55,628 nucleotides of DNA from an uncultured Candidatus Saccharibacteria bacterium (GTDB lineage Bacteria; Patescibacteriota; Minisyncoccia; Phycocordibacterales; PALSA-1337): NCBI GenBank assembly GCA_964577365.1, contig CAZNYP010000002.1, forward strand, positions 1 to 55,628, in the 5' to 3' direction. The translations under genes were made by a program, and so were the position numbers. Every line of letters starts with the position of its first letter. Within the stretch, counting starts at the first letter, position 1. Below, one piece after another: positions 1-8,586 of this stretch. The notes under the pieces are model-generated. The model was not told the DNA's origin. It saw only the letters and a program-made list of their open reading frames with translations, and made no database searches.

Positions 1-140
1 TCTCTCTCGAAAGAGAGGGGTTTCCCCATTCGGAAATCTTCGGATATAACGGTCACTAGGCACCTCCCCGAAGCGTATCGCCGCCTGTCGCGTCCTTCAT
101 CGCCTTCTAAAGCCAAGGCATCCACCATATGCACTTAAAT
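1..140 (-). rRNA. rrl: 23S rRNA, 5' end only (gene continues off the left edge)
   Basis: Reverse complement reads TTTAAGTGCATATGGTGGATGCCTTGGC...GGCGATGAAGGACG...GATTTCCGAATGGGGAAACCC. These are the conserved 5' domain I motifs of bacterial 23S rRNA. Confidence 0.85.
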
Positions 141-346
141 TTCCCATTAGGAAATCTAAAAACCACAATTACATACTTAATTCACTTTCTTACCTGTTTT
201 AACTTAAAACCCATATTCAGTTGTCAAAGTTCGCCTAAATTATTTAAAAACCGCTTCTTCGAAAGCGGCCTTCACACATCACTTCGTCGAAGCTAGTATT
301 AAGGCCGTTTTTCGTTAGGATTTAACATAATTTAGTTGTGCTCATA

Positions 347-374
347 AGTATACTTATCGCTAAAATAAAGTCAA
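347..374 (-). promoter_or_regulatory. sigma70-type promoter reading toward the 23S rRNA
   Basis: Minus strand reads TTGACT (374-369), 16 nt, TATACT (352-347). It lies about 200 nt upstream of the 23S 5' end and directly behind the terminator of the preceding gene. Confidence 0.45.
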
Positions 375-403
375 GCAAAAACCCCGCCTTTGGGCGGGGT
401 TTT
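375..403. terminator. rho-independent terminator hairpin
   Basis: CCCCGCC (382-388) / GGCGGGG (393-399) stem flanked by A-run and T-run, just downstream of the stop of the 416..1102 gene. Confidence 0.7.
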
Positions 404-415
404 CTCGAGTGGGTA

Positions 416-1102
416 TTAATTACCTGAAACCTCGTGCTTCAATTTTGAGATGAGCTCTGCTGCTGCCTCCTTACCACCTAGGCCAAATGAAAGACCTACT
501 GCAAGTGAAACTGCAACAATAACTCCCATCACCACCATCTGGAGAATCTGACCACCGATACCGAGCTGGAAGAGTACTGCGAGGATAGCAAAGATCCAGA
601 TCGCCCACTTTGTCACAGTTCCAAGGAAATTTGCGTGCATCAAGTGTGCTGCTTTTGCACTAGCTACAACGAGCTTTCGTGCTACTTCAGCAATGACGAT
701 AGATACCATGAGGATGAGTACCGCTACGATCACCTTTGGCAAGTAGTAAAGCACAACGGTTCCGAGGAATTCATTTACCTGAGTGAGTCCGAGTACATCA
801 AACGATGCAACGAGGAACACTACGATAATGAACCACTTCACAAGTGCGCCTACAAAACTACCAGAATTAAGGTTGTGACCTGAACGGCGAACTACATCTT
901 CTACGCCTGCTGCACGAAGCGCATGGTCAACTTTGATTGATCGGAAAACAGCTTCGACGATCTTTTCGACGAGGACTGCAACTACCCAACCGATAACAAA
1001 GATAACTACTGCGATAACAAGACTAGGAACAAAACTAGCGACTCCTAGCCATACCCCCTGCAATGAACGAGTGAAGATTTCACCCCAATTTTCTAACATC
1101 AT
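416..1102 (-). CDS. polytopic membrane protein with repeated conserved-TM-helix units (MscS N-terminal-like)
   Basis: 228-aa ORF with several hydrophobic helices separated by short charged loops. ATG ATG start; the second ATG (1099) sits 6 nt after a TATAAT. Confidence 0.75.
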   Translation of the reverse strand: MMLENWGEIFTRSLQGVWLGVASFVPSLVIAVVIFVIGWVVAVLVEKIVEAVFRSIKVDHALRAAGVEDVVRRSGHNLNSGSFVGALVKWFIIVVFLVASFDVLGLTQVNEFLGTVVLYYLPKVIVAVLILMVSIVIAEVARKLVVASAKAAHLMHANFLGTVTKWAIWIFAILAVLFQLGIGGQILQMVVMGVIVAVSLAVGLSFGLGGKEAAAELISKLKHEVSGN

Positions 1103-1152
1103 ACAATTATATGGTTAATATACTATTAATAATACCCTTATATTATATCACG

Positions 1153-1773
1153 CTACGAGAGAGACAACCGGTCGACAATCTTTACATGTGGAAAATCCAG
1201 TATATCCCTCACGAGCTTGTCATATACCCCGATACGGTACTCAAAATCTGCCGTCTCGAGAGCGGTATACGAGATCTCCTTGCCGAGTTCAGACTCCAAG
1301 ACTCTAATCGTATTTTCAATACGATTATCATCGAGTTCATCTCCTACGATCATGAGATCTACCCTACTCTCCCAGTCCTGGATAAATACCCCAGCAACTA
1401 TTAGTGCTTTTACCTTACCTACTTTTGAAAAGCGTCTTGCGATATCGTCATGGGAGTGCAGACTAACAGAGATAAGAAGGGTCTTTAGAGCATTGAGGTA
1501 TGGAAACTTTTGATCTAGGGCAAATCCCAGCCCCTTTACCTTTTTTACCGACACCTTTTTTTTCTTTGTAATAGTGACTTCCTTTGAAAAAGGCCGTCTC
1601 CGTACGAGCCCTACCGCGAGTAACGGTGATAGTTCTTTCTTTGCTTCACTACTAGTCATTTTGCCGCGCTCGATGATTTCATCCAGCGTAAAGATATATT
1701 CCGGATTAAAAAGGAATAGTCTCATTATCTTTACCTTTGCAGTCGTTCCGAACAATTTTTCCAATATATCCAT
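1153..1773 (-). CDS. hypothetical protein, N-terminal winged-helix-like segment
   Basis: ORF track starts at TTG 1794. ATG 1773 is preceded by TGCTAGAAT + 7 nt and lies right after the rplL terminator, so the ATG is preferred. Confidence 0.7.
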   Translation of the reverse strand: MDILEKLFGTTAKVKIMRLFLFNPEYIFTLDEIIERGKMTSSEAKKELSPLLAVGLVRRRPFSKEVTITKKKKVSVKKVKGLGFALDQKFPYLNALKTLLISVSLHSHDDIARRFSKVGKVKALIVAGVFIQDWESRVDLMIVGDELDDNRIENTIRVLESELGKEISYTALETADFEYRIGVYDKLVRDILDFPHVKIVDRLSLS

Positions 1774-1791
1774 GGCGGTTATTCTAGCATA

Positions 1792-1819
1792 CAAAAAAGC
1801 CCCGTTTCCAGGGCTTTTC
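1792..1819 (-). terminator. rho-independent terminator after rplL
   Basis: Minus strand reads AGCCCUGGAAACGGGGCU followed by UUUUUU. Confidence 0.65.
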
Positions 1820-1826
1820 TGTGGTG

Positions 1827-2216
1827 TTATTTTAGTTCTACCTTTCCACCTGCTGCTTCGATGTCTTTCTTCATCTTTTCTGCATCCTCCTTCTTTACTC
1901 CGTCCTTGACGAGAGCTGGTGCTCCATCAACGAGATCCTTTGCTTCTTTGAGACCGAGACCAAGAGCTTCTTTGATAACCTTGATAACTGCGATCTTCTG
2001 CTCACCTGCTGAAGCGAGGTGTACCGCAAATGATGATTTCTCATCCGCTGCTGCTGCACCTGCTGCTGGAGCCGCTACAGCAACTGCTGCTGCTGATACT
2101 CCAAATTTCTTTTCGAGCAATTTTACAAGCTCGTTTAGCTCAAGTACTGACATGGTCTCGATAGACTCAACGAGAGACTTGAACTTTGCTGGGATTTCTA
2201 CTGGTGTTGGTTCCAT
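1827..2216 (-). CDS. rplL: 50S ribosomal protein L7/L12
   Basis: 129 aa with an Ala-rich hinge ([16 protein letters not shown]) and the C-terminal [22 protein letters not shown]...AGGKVELK signature. Confidence 0.97.
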   Translation of the reverse strand: MEPTPVEIPAKFKSLVESIETMSVLELNELVKLLEKKFGVSAAAVAVAAPAAGAAAADEKSSFAVHLASAGEQKIAVIKVIKEALGLGLKEAKDLVDGAPALVKDGVKKEDAEKMKKDIEAAGGKVELK

Positions 2217-2231
2217 ATATTTTATAAATTA

Positions 2232-2720
2232 TTAAGCTTTCTTTTTTGCTATCTCACTGAGTGCCATAACAAATCCCTGTATAGGAGAGTTGATGACATT
2301 GACAAACATACCTCGCAATACATCCTGAGATGGGATGAGGGCAATAGACAGCATCTCGTCCTTGGTCATGTATTTTCCTTCAAATACTCCACCAATAATA
2401 CTTAGATTGTCTTTGAATTTCTTTTGAAATTCATATACTCCTCGAGCTGGAGCAATGAGATCTGTACCATATGCGATACCGACTTCACCGACGAGCTCTG
2501 GCATGGTCCCCTCGTATTTCTTTGCATCGAGCGCACGTCGAGTGAGCGTCTTCTTTGAAACAAAGAATCTTACTCCATCAGCTCGTAGTGTATTTCGAAA
2601 CTTTGTCGTATCTCCCACTTTTAGACCGTGGAAATTTACGAATACGATAGACTGTGCATCCTTCATCGCCGCATCAAGTGTTGCGACTACCTCCTTCTTT
2701 TTATTTTTTGAAAGTGCCAT
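2232..2720 (-). CDS. rplJ: 50S ribosomal protein L10
   Basis: 162 aa immediately upstream of rplL in the canonical rplJL order. L10-like N-terminus (KKEVV...SIVFVNFHGLKV). Confidence 0.93.
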   Translation of the reverse strand: MALSKNKKKEVVATLDAAMKDAQSIVFVNFHGLKVGDTTKFRNTLRADGVRFFVSKKTLTRRALDAKKYEGTMPELVGEVGIAYGTDLIAPARGVYEFQKKFKDNLSIIGGVFEGKYMTKDEMLSIALIPSQDVLRGMFVNVINSPIQGFVMALSEIAKKKA

Positions 2721-2838
2721 ACTGTTTTTTTAGCGTATAAACGACCTTTAGGCTGTAGAGTTACCTCGGTAGGACTTACTGATGCCTACGTTCTTTGGCC
2801 TATGCGGACATACTACCCCCTGTGCTTGATCCTGTCAA
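2721..2838 (-). promoter_or_regulatory. rplJL promoter plus ~83-nt structured leader (possible L10 autoregulatory leader)
   Basis: Minus strand reads TTGACA (2838-2833), 17 nt, TAGTAT (2815-2810). Unlike most genes here there is a long leader, with UAGGC/GCCUA and GUAGG/CCUAC pairings. Assignment to the L10-leader family is not verified. Confidence 0.4.
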
Positions 2839-2917
2839 TAAACCGCTTTATAACGCGATGTTTCCAGGGTTTATTCTTTCGATAAGGCTTTAGTTCTCGT
2901 TCGTATTTGCCATTTCA

Positions 2918-5242
2918 TTACTTGTTGAGTGTTATGTTTGTGTCTTCAGCTGTACCAGACACTCCCATCTCAATATTTGAACCTTTTTGTACATTTCCAG
3001 CAAAAACAGCCACCTCCTCCTGCTCACCAAGTCCGTTCTGTACACTGGTCTCCAGGGTGAAACTGCCCGACCCTGTACCATTTCCCTTTATGGTATAGTC
3101 ACCCACTGGAAGTATGATGGTTTTCACATCCCCAAAGTCACTATATGTACTGCCAGGTATGTCTTCATCATAAAACTCAAAGAGTCCGGGCTCTACATCT
3201 AATTCTCTTTCTCTTTCTAGTACATCGAGCGCTGGACCCGTGTGATTGCCTTCACTGTCATACGCATGGATATCGACCGGTGAGTGCATCTTTACCACTA
3301 TGTGATCATACTCTTTGGATATCGTGGGGGTTGTGGTGGATATACTACTCTGTATTCCAGAGATCATACTCCAGATCCACGAAAGGACACTGGCACTCTG
3401 AGTGATATTTGCATGTGATATACCTTTTTCTTTCGACAAATCAAAGAAGTAACTATTTTTAAATATATTACTACTACTTGCGAGTACCGTACCATCACCG
3501 AGTAGAGTCATTTCTGATAACGAACGGAGGGTGGGCTTGTTCCATCCTGTGAGAGAATTTATCTTAGGAAAACTGATTGTGTCGAGTATTTTATGCATGT
3601 TTTTTGCTTGCGTAGCGAGAGCAGTATTGAGCTTCATTGGTTGCTTGAGATCCTTCGAAGTCGAGGCGACTCCGGTAGCAGGGGTAGTGAATGTCGATGG
3701 CAACAAACCGTAGGCTCCAGGCATATTGGCTCCAAACTTTCGAGCGGTGAATTTGTTCAGTACGATTCCACGTCCCAGAGACTGTCCGTACCCATACTGT
3801 AATGCAGCGATGGCCTGTGGAGTGCCTGTATGGGGCACTGCGATAAAGGTGAGTGAATCTATGAGATCTTGTTTGCCCACCTTGGTGAGCTCGGCGAGGA
3901 GGGCCTTGGCGACGAGACCTCCATTGCTGTGGCCGACGATAGCAACCTTTCCCGTACGAGAATCTCTTGCGAGCTGTTCTAGAGTACCGATCATCTGCGG
4001 AGCAATAGTCGTTGGTAGCATGCGCCAATCATATGGATATGCTTTCCACGCGACAATTTCTTTTTGCCGCACTTTGTCATCGAACATATCAGTGAGATCA
4101 CTATATATGTCATAGCCGAGGCCACTGGTGAGTATGTTGCCTATACTCACCGCACTCAGACTTTTGCCTTGATTATCGAGGTTAAGTTTTTCGACGTCTG
4201 CATTACGATTTGGTGTCCATAGTTGATTGTCCCCTAGTGAAAGCAGACTTGCTTGGAACCCCGGAATAAAGAGCACACTGGAACAGCACATCCCACGAAC
4301 CACCCATGGATCCACATTTACCTTGCCTATATTTTTAGTTGGGCCTACATTGCTCCCCCACCAGTTGTTTTCTGCCTGAACAGTGATATCTGAACCATTT
4401 GCTATGTCATATCGAGACGAATCCATGAACTCACTACCATGTATTACGACTTGGTCTATCGGGGATTCTGCATTTCCCATTCCCCCAACCGAAACATCAT
4501 CCAGGACCATGGCTACAGACACAGCATCATTGTTCTCCTTGAAGAGGCTGTTCGTGATACCAACATCTGAGAATTTAGTAGATAGAGCTGTGGTATTTTT
4601 GTTGAGACTGGTTTTATCTATGCGAATTGTAGAACTGTTTGCCAAAAGTGCGTTTACGAAGTTTGACAGTGTACTACTTGATATATTTACCGAAGTGTCT
4701 TCTAGAACCAGACCCTGATTCTCATAATTCCCAGAGAGATTGCCACGGATTATTTCAATATCACTATCTATACTATATATACTGGTATTTCTACAATTTT
4801 TGAAATCGGTATCAATGAGATCTACCTGGGATCTCTCAAGTGTGATGCAGAAATCCATGGTATCAAATATGGTGTTTTTAAAAACAATATTTGAATCTCT
4901 AATAATGAGTCCGGTGTATGAATTCTCGAAAATCACATGATCAAACTCTGAACTCGTCCCTGACACTATCTGGAGTGCCCAATTTTTTGTTTCAGACGTA
5001 GAAGTAAACCGTACTGGCTCTGTGACTGTACCTTGTGCATATACTGATCCTACGACTTTTAGAGACTCTAGATTTGCATCACCCAATTTTACTGTGACTC
5101 CTGGTTCGATATACAGATCACCATTGATAACAAGGTCTGACTCTACTACATATGGACTATTTTCTTTGGTCCAGGTCACTGTCTCTGCATATATAGTATG
5201 CGGCATTACGCACAGTAGTATAAAGATAATTTTTTTAATCAT
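2918..5242 (-). CDS. secreted protein: parallel beta-helix repeat region fused to an alpha/beta-hydrolase lipase/esterase (LCAT/PGAP1-like)
   Basis: 774 aa. Signal peptide MIKKIIFILLCVMPHTIYA. N-terminal ~300 aa of short repeats rich in N/S/T/I/V/D, typical of right-handed beta-helices. Nucleophile elbow VAIVGHSNGG, then GDGTV and SHANI motifs matching a Ser-Asp-His triad. Confidence 0.8.
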   Translation of the reverse strand: MIKKIIFILLCVMPHTIYAETVTWTKENSPYVVESDLVINGDLYIEPGVTVKLGDANLESLKVVGSVYAQGTVTEPVRFTSTSETKNWALQIVSGTSSEFDHVIFENSYTGLIIRDSNIVFKNTIFDTMDFCITLERSQVDLIDTDFKNCRNTSIYSIDSDIEIIRGNLSGNYENQGLVLEDTSVNISSSTLSNFVNALLANSSTIRIDKTSLNKNTTALSTKFSDVGITNSLFKENNDAVSVAMVLDDVSVGGMGNAESPIDQVVIHGSEFMDSSRYDIANGSDITVQAENNWWGSNVGPTKNIGKVNVDPWVVRGMCCSSVLFIPGFQASLLSLGDNQLWTPNRNADVEKLNLDNQGKSLSAVSIGNILTSGLGYDIYSDLTDMFDDKVRQKEIVAWKAYPYDWRMLPTTIAPQMIGTLEQLARDSRTGKVAIVGHSNGGLVAKALLAELTKVGKQDLIDSLTFIAVPHTGTPQAIAALQYGYGQSLGRGIVLNKFTARKFGANMPGAYGLLPSTFTTPATGVASTSKDLKQPMKLNTALATQAKNMHKILDTISFPKINSLTGWNKPTLRSLSEMTLLGDGTVLASSSNIFKNSYFFDLSKEKGISHANITQSASVLSWIWSMISGIQSSISTTTPTISKEYDHIVVKMHSPVDIHAYDSEGNHTGPALDVLERERELDVEPGLFEFYDEDIPGSTYSDFGDVKTIILPVGDYTIKGNGTGSGSFTLETSVQNGLGEQEEVAVFAGNVQKGSNIEMGVSGTAEDTNITLNK

Positions 5243-5468
5243 TTTGTTTTTATTAGCTGGTATACAGCAATACTACAAAATGAGCGATAACATCTTTATA
5301 AACTTTTCACTAAAAATTAGCCCGACTTATCCCCAACTGTGGATTACTGAGCGATCCCAGAGTACTTCCCTACCATAAAGAGCACGCCGAGACTCATACT
5401 CAAAATAAAGGTAAAACCGAGGAGAAACTTGAAAAAGCTTTTATCTATCATGTATATATTATACAAAA

Positions 5469-5498
5469 CAAAAAACCACCCGTGAAGGTGGTTTTTTG
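5469..5498 (-). terminator. rho-independent terminator
   Basis: ACCACC / GGTGGT stem (5475-5492) flanked by A-run and T-run, 34 nt past the stop of the 5532..7391 gene. Confidence 0.7.
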
Positions 5499-5531
5499 TT
5501 TATCTAACCTGCTCTAACTTTCTAGCTTAGA

Positions 5532-7391
5532 TTATTGAAGAATAATCTTTGCTGTCTCAATGTTGTTCAAGTCTGAAGTGAATGCTGTGTAAGCAGATAT
5601 TGCTGCTGAGTCAGCGTCATCAAACCGAATTGTGTTGAGTTCGATACCGAATGTACCTGAAGTTGGAGTTCCGTTTAGGAGTACAACCTGGAGAGTGAAT
5701 GTTTCTGTATCACCTTCTCGTACTCGGTATGAAGCATCTTCTTCATCAGCATCTGATGAGAGTGAAGAAGTAGTTGTACCAGTGAATGTTCCACCGATAA
5801 CACTGAATTCTACACCGTGATCACCTGAAGCTGATACAAGGTTACTTGTAGAAGCAATGTAAGCATCTTCACCGAAAGCAGTCACATCAAACTCGATAGT
5901 GTAAACACCTCGTGAGTTTGGATATGTTTCACTTTCGTCTGTGATATCAGCCTTTACTGACTTCTTAACAACACTTATACCATCCATAAAGAATGTCTGT
6001 GTCTCTGATGTCATACTTCCATCGATAGTAACAGAATCGCCTTCTTCATCCTCAGCATCCCATAGGGCACTTGAGGTTGCAGACACGTATATACTGTCGC
6101 CAGCTGTGAAGCCTCCATCGAGATCATTAAGGTCAGCTACAACCTTAAGAGTTTCTGTATCTCCTTCACCGACTGTGAGGTCGATGTCTTCGAATACAAT
6201 ACTTCGTCCTGTAGCAGTAGTTGATGAAACAGAAACTGAATCAAGAGTCTTTGAACCCATCATCAATTTAACAGTTCGAACAATTTCTCCTACACCTGCA
6301 CCTGAAGAGGTAAGGTAGATAGGGAGATCAGTGATCTCAACATCCTGCTCATCTGCTTCGAGGTCGATAACAGCGAGTGTTACATCCTTTGTGTCGTTTT
6401 CGTCATCAACCTTTACAGTTGAAGCTACTGGTGACTCATCTGCCTCACTGATAGTGAGGTCTCCAGATGTTCGAGTCTCGATAGTAAATGACTCAGATAG
6501 AGAATCTCCGTCTACGTAAGTCTCAGAGATACCAGCTGCGTCGACAGCTCGGATTCCATTGTCTGGAACCTCAACTGTGATATCAACGTTAGCATCGTCT
6601 GAATCGAGGTTATTAACAGCCGTAACTGCTACATATACCTCTGCCTTGTCATTCTCCTTTACAACAGCGTTGAGGCCGGTAAATCGGAATGAGTAGACAT
6701 CGTTATCTTCATCAGCCTCATCTACATCAGCATCAGCAACTTTCTTGCCGTCTATGTAAATAGTAACTGACTCGATGTAATCCTCAAGCTTTGAACTTCC
6801 TCCAGAACCAACTGTGAAGTCAACGTCGAGACGTTCAACTGCAACGTCTGAGTCTTCAGCTTCGTATTCAACACCAAGAACTTTCTCTTCTTCACCTTCG
6901 TCAACAGTTGATTCACTGCCTCCGATAGTGTCGATGTTTGTAAGTTCTCCCTCACCTCCTGAAAGACCTACTGGTGTAGTAGGAGTTGTTGGAGTTGTAG
7001 GTGTTGTAACTGAGCCAGAAGCGTTAAGCTTTGCTCGAGTCTGTGGACCTACGAAACCTGTAGCTGGAAGAGCTACTGAAGCCTGGTAAGCTGTAACTGC
7101 TGTCTTTGTAAGCTGTCCAAAGTATCCCTTTGCTGTTCCTGCTGGAATAGAAAGGAATCCCTTTGCTGATAGCCAGTCCTGAAGTGCAACTACATCTGCT
7201 CCTGTAGAACCTACAGTAAGGTTAGTATTGAACTGGTAACCAGCTGACGCTGTACCTCCTGAAAGACCAGCGATCTGAGCAGTAAGCTGCGCGATCTGAG
7301 CCTGGAGTTCAGCAACGGTGAGAGCGTTTGCGTTTGTAGCGCCAAGACTCAATGCGAGTGCTATAGCAACTACTCCTAGAATTTTCTTCAT
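5532..7391 (-). CDS. secreted cell-surface protein: coiled-coil, peptidoglycan-binding domain, TP linker, long acidic beta-rich region
   Basis: 619 aa. Signal peptide; LTVAELQAQIAQLTAQIAGL; PG_binding_1-like GSTGADVVALQDWLSAKGF...GYFGQLTKTAVTAYQ; TPTTPTTPTTP linker; then about 470 aa rich in D/E/T/S/V. Confidence 0.8.
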   Translation of the reverse strand: MKKILGVVAIALALSLGATNANALTVAELQAQIAQLTAQIAGLSGGTASAGYQFNTNLTVGSTGADVVALQDWLSAKGFLSIPAGTAKGYFGQLTKTAVTAYQASVALPATGFVGPQTRAKLNASGSVTTPTTPTTPTTPVGLSGGEGELTNIDTIGGSESTVDEGEEEKVLGVEYEAEDSDVAVERLDVDFTVGSGGSSKLEDYIESVTIYIDGKKVADADVDEADEDNDVYSFRFTGLNAVVKENDKAEVYVAVTAVNNLDSDDANVDITVEVPDNGIRAVDAAGISETYVDGDSLSESFTIETRTSGDLTISEADESPVASTVKVDDENDTKDVTLAVIDLEADEQDVEITDLPIYLTSSGAGVGEIVRTVKLMMGSKTLDSVSVSSTTATGRSIVFEDIDLTVGEGDTETLKVVADLNDLDGGFTAGDSIYVSATSSALWDAEDEEGDSVTIDGSMTSETQTFFMDGISVVKKSVKADITDESETYPNSRGVYTIEFDVTAFGEDAYIASTSNLVSASGDHGVEFSVIGGTFTGTTTSSLSSDADEEDASYRVREGDTETFTLQVVLLNGTPTSGTFGIELNTIRFDDADSAAISAYTAFTSDLNNIETAKIILQ

Positions 7392-7777
7392 TTAAGTAAT
7401 TAATTAATTGCTTCTCTTTTATTAATAAAGTTTTGAGAAGCGGGCACAATTTATAAACTGATAAAACCTTCGTGACTGAAATTGCATATCGTCGGTCTTG
7501 CAACTCTGATATGCACTACACTAACCCTCACTCTTGTTATCGACTCGAGTGTGGGATAGCTAGTAAATGTTGGTCTGAAATACGGTCATGCAGTCGTGGC
7601 AGAATAATGCTGAATTTTCTGTATAGTTTATCCACTATTTAAATGTCAACGTCCGTTCATTTCTGGGTAAATTTCTGTCGGTATTTTGAAAGTATAACAC
7701 ATCAAAAATAGGTAGAAAATAGCCCAGTGGATAACTAGTGGATATCTTAGCTTATATTATAGACAAAGTCAAACCTT

Positions 7778-8464
7778 TTACCTTAGAGAATAGCGGCTCC
7801 AGCGACGCTCACCTTCACGCTTAACCACCCCTTTTTCGACCAATTCTATGAGCTCTCTTTGTATGGTCTTTTCACTGCATCCGGTTACGACTTGGGCCAC
7901 GTCCTTTACGGTCAGATTTGACCTATTTTTAAGGACTTCCACGATAGCTGTTTTTCGATCCATTTTTTTGGTATTATCCAAGACACTGTCCTTTATACGA
8001 ATTTCAGCCTGAGGTGCCTTATTTACTACATTATTAAAGAACTTCTCTGACAAAACATATCCTTCACGCTCCTTATTATTTACCATATTGTCTTTTAGAA
8101 TATTTATCAGTTTGTCGAGCTCCCCACGCATCACTTCATGATTCATGTCCGAGAGTAATCCCGATATGTGTCCCAAATTTATTGCTGAAATAATCTCGAA
8201 AAGATCAGAAAATATAGATCTAGCAACGGTATCTTTTTCAAACGCTTGATTGTCGTTGAGCGTCAACACTGATGAAATAAGTGACATACTGTGCTCGCGG
8301 ATCTTCCACTTTATAGGTTCTTTGTCTTTTAAAAGACCGGTGATGAGATATAGGCCGGCCACGATTCTTTCTGTCTTTTTAAATACAGCCTTAAGATAAG
8401 CCTCTCCTGAGAAGAAGCCAATTTTGTTTAGGTCTTGATTGTCCTCAATATTGTCTTTTATCAT
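7778..8464 (-). CDS. hypothetical protein with C-terminal winged-helix DNA-binding domain (DeoR/MarR-like)
   Basis: 228 aa. C-terminus LTVKDVAQVVTGCSEKTIQRELIELVEKGVVKREGERRWSRYSL resembles a wHTH. Confidence 0.7.
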   Translation of the reverse strand: MIKDNIEDNQDLNKIGFFSGEAYLKAVFKKTERIVAGLYLITGLLKDKEPIKWKIREHSMSLISSVLTLNDNQAFEKDTVARSIFSDLFEIISAINLGHISGLLSDMNHEVMRGELDKLINILKDNMVNNKEREGYVLSEKFFNNVVNKAPQAEIRIKDSVLDNTKKMDRKTAIVEVLKNRSNLTVKDVAQVVTGCSEKTIQRELIELVEKGVVKREGERRWSRYSLR

Positions 8465-8586
8465 TCTAATTTGTCTCTTACAATTTTGTGGCTTTTGGCT
8501 GTCCTTGTATGTCCATTATATCCTTTTGACTGTCTTTTTGTAAAGCAATATAGCCATATTTTTTGTGTCCATGCTATTATTATGTG

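Noticed and set aside
3591-4028. Numerous 60-190-aa ORFs antisense to or out of frame with large genes (for example 3591..4028, 8775..9374, 11454..11990, 20495..21064, 21560..22147, 52739..53551, 55163..55483).
   Set aside because: They lie entirely within strongly supported CDSs, have low-complexity or Ser/Arg/Cys-rich translations, and lack the promoter geometry seen at real starts. They are treated as shadow ORFs.
5344-5451. 35-aa hydrophobic mini-ORF (MIDKSFFKFLLGFTFILSMSLGVLFMVGKYSGIAQ) in the spacer upstream of the lipase gene, and a similar 44-aa mini-ORF at 44486..44620 (MKSRTLIHGVFAVVSTFIALAAPFITYAIFALAQKLFKTEYEFL).
   Set aside because: Both are plausible single-TM micropeptides with native-like AT-rich composition, but I have no evidence beyond an open frame and hydrophobicity. 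Not reported as features. Conservation or ribosome profiling would be needed.
6955-7010. Short tandem DNA repeat (ACTGGTGTAGTAGGAGTTGTTGGAGTTGTAGGTGTTGT).
   Set aside because: It encodes the TPTTPTTPTTP interdomain linker of the surface protein. It is not a CRISPR, satellite or mobile-element repeat.
7628-7745. A cluster of DnaA-box-like 9-mers (TTATCCACT at 7628-7636; AGTGGATAA at 7726-7734; AGTGGATAT at 7737-7745) in a 386-bp AT-rich intergenic region, with further near-matches at 5325-5350. Possible oriC.
   Set aside because: There is no dnaA or dnaN nearby. Gene orientation does not switch durably here: plus-strand genes run only 8.6-12.7 kb before minus-strand genes resume. A perfect TTATCCACA complement also occurs inside the tatD coding region (14101-14109) and another box at 53160-53168, so the motif is not rare enough to be diagnostic. 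A cumulative GC-skew plot of the whole replicon would settle it.
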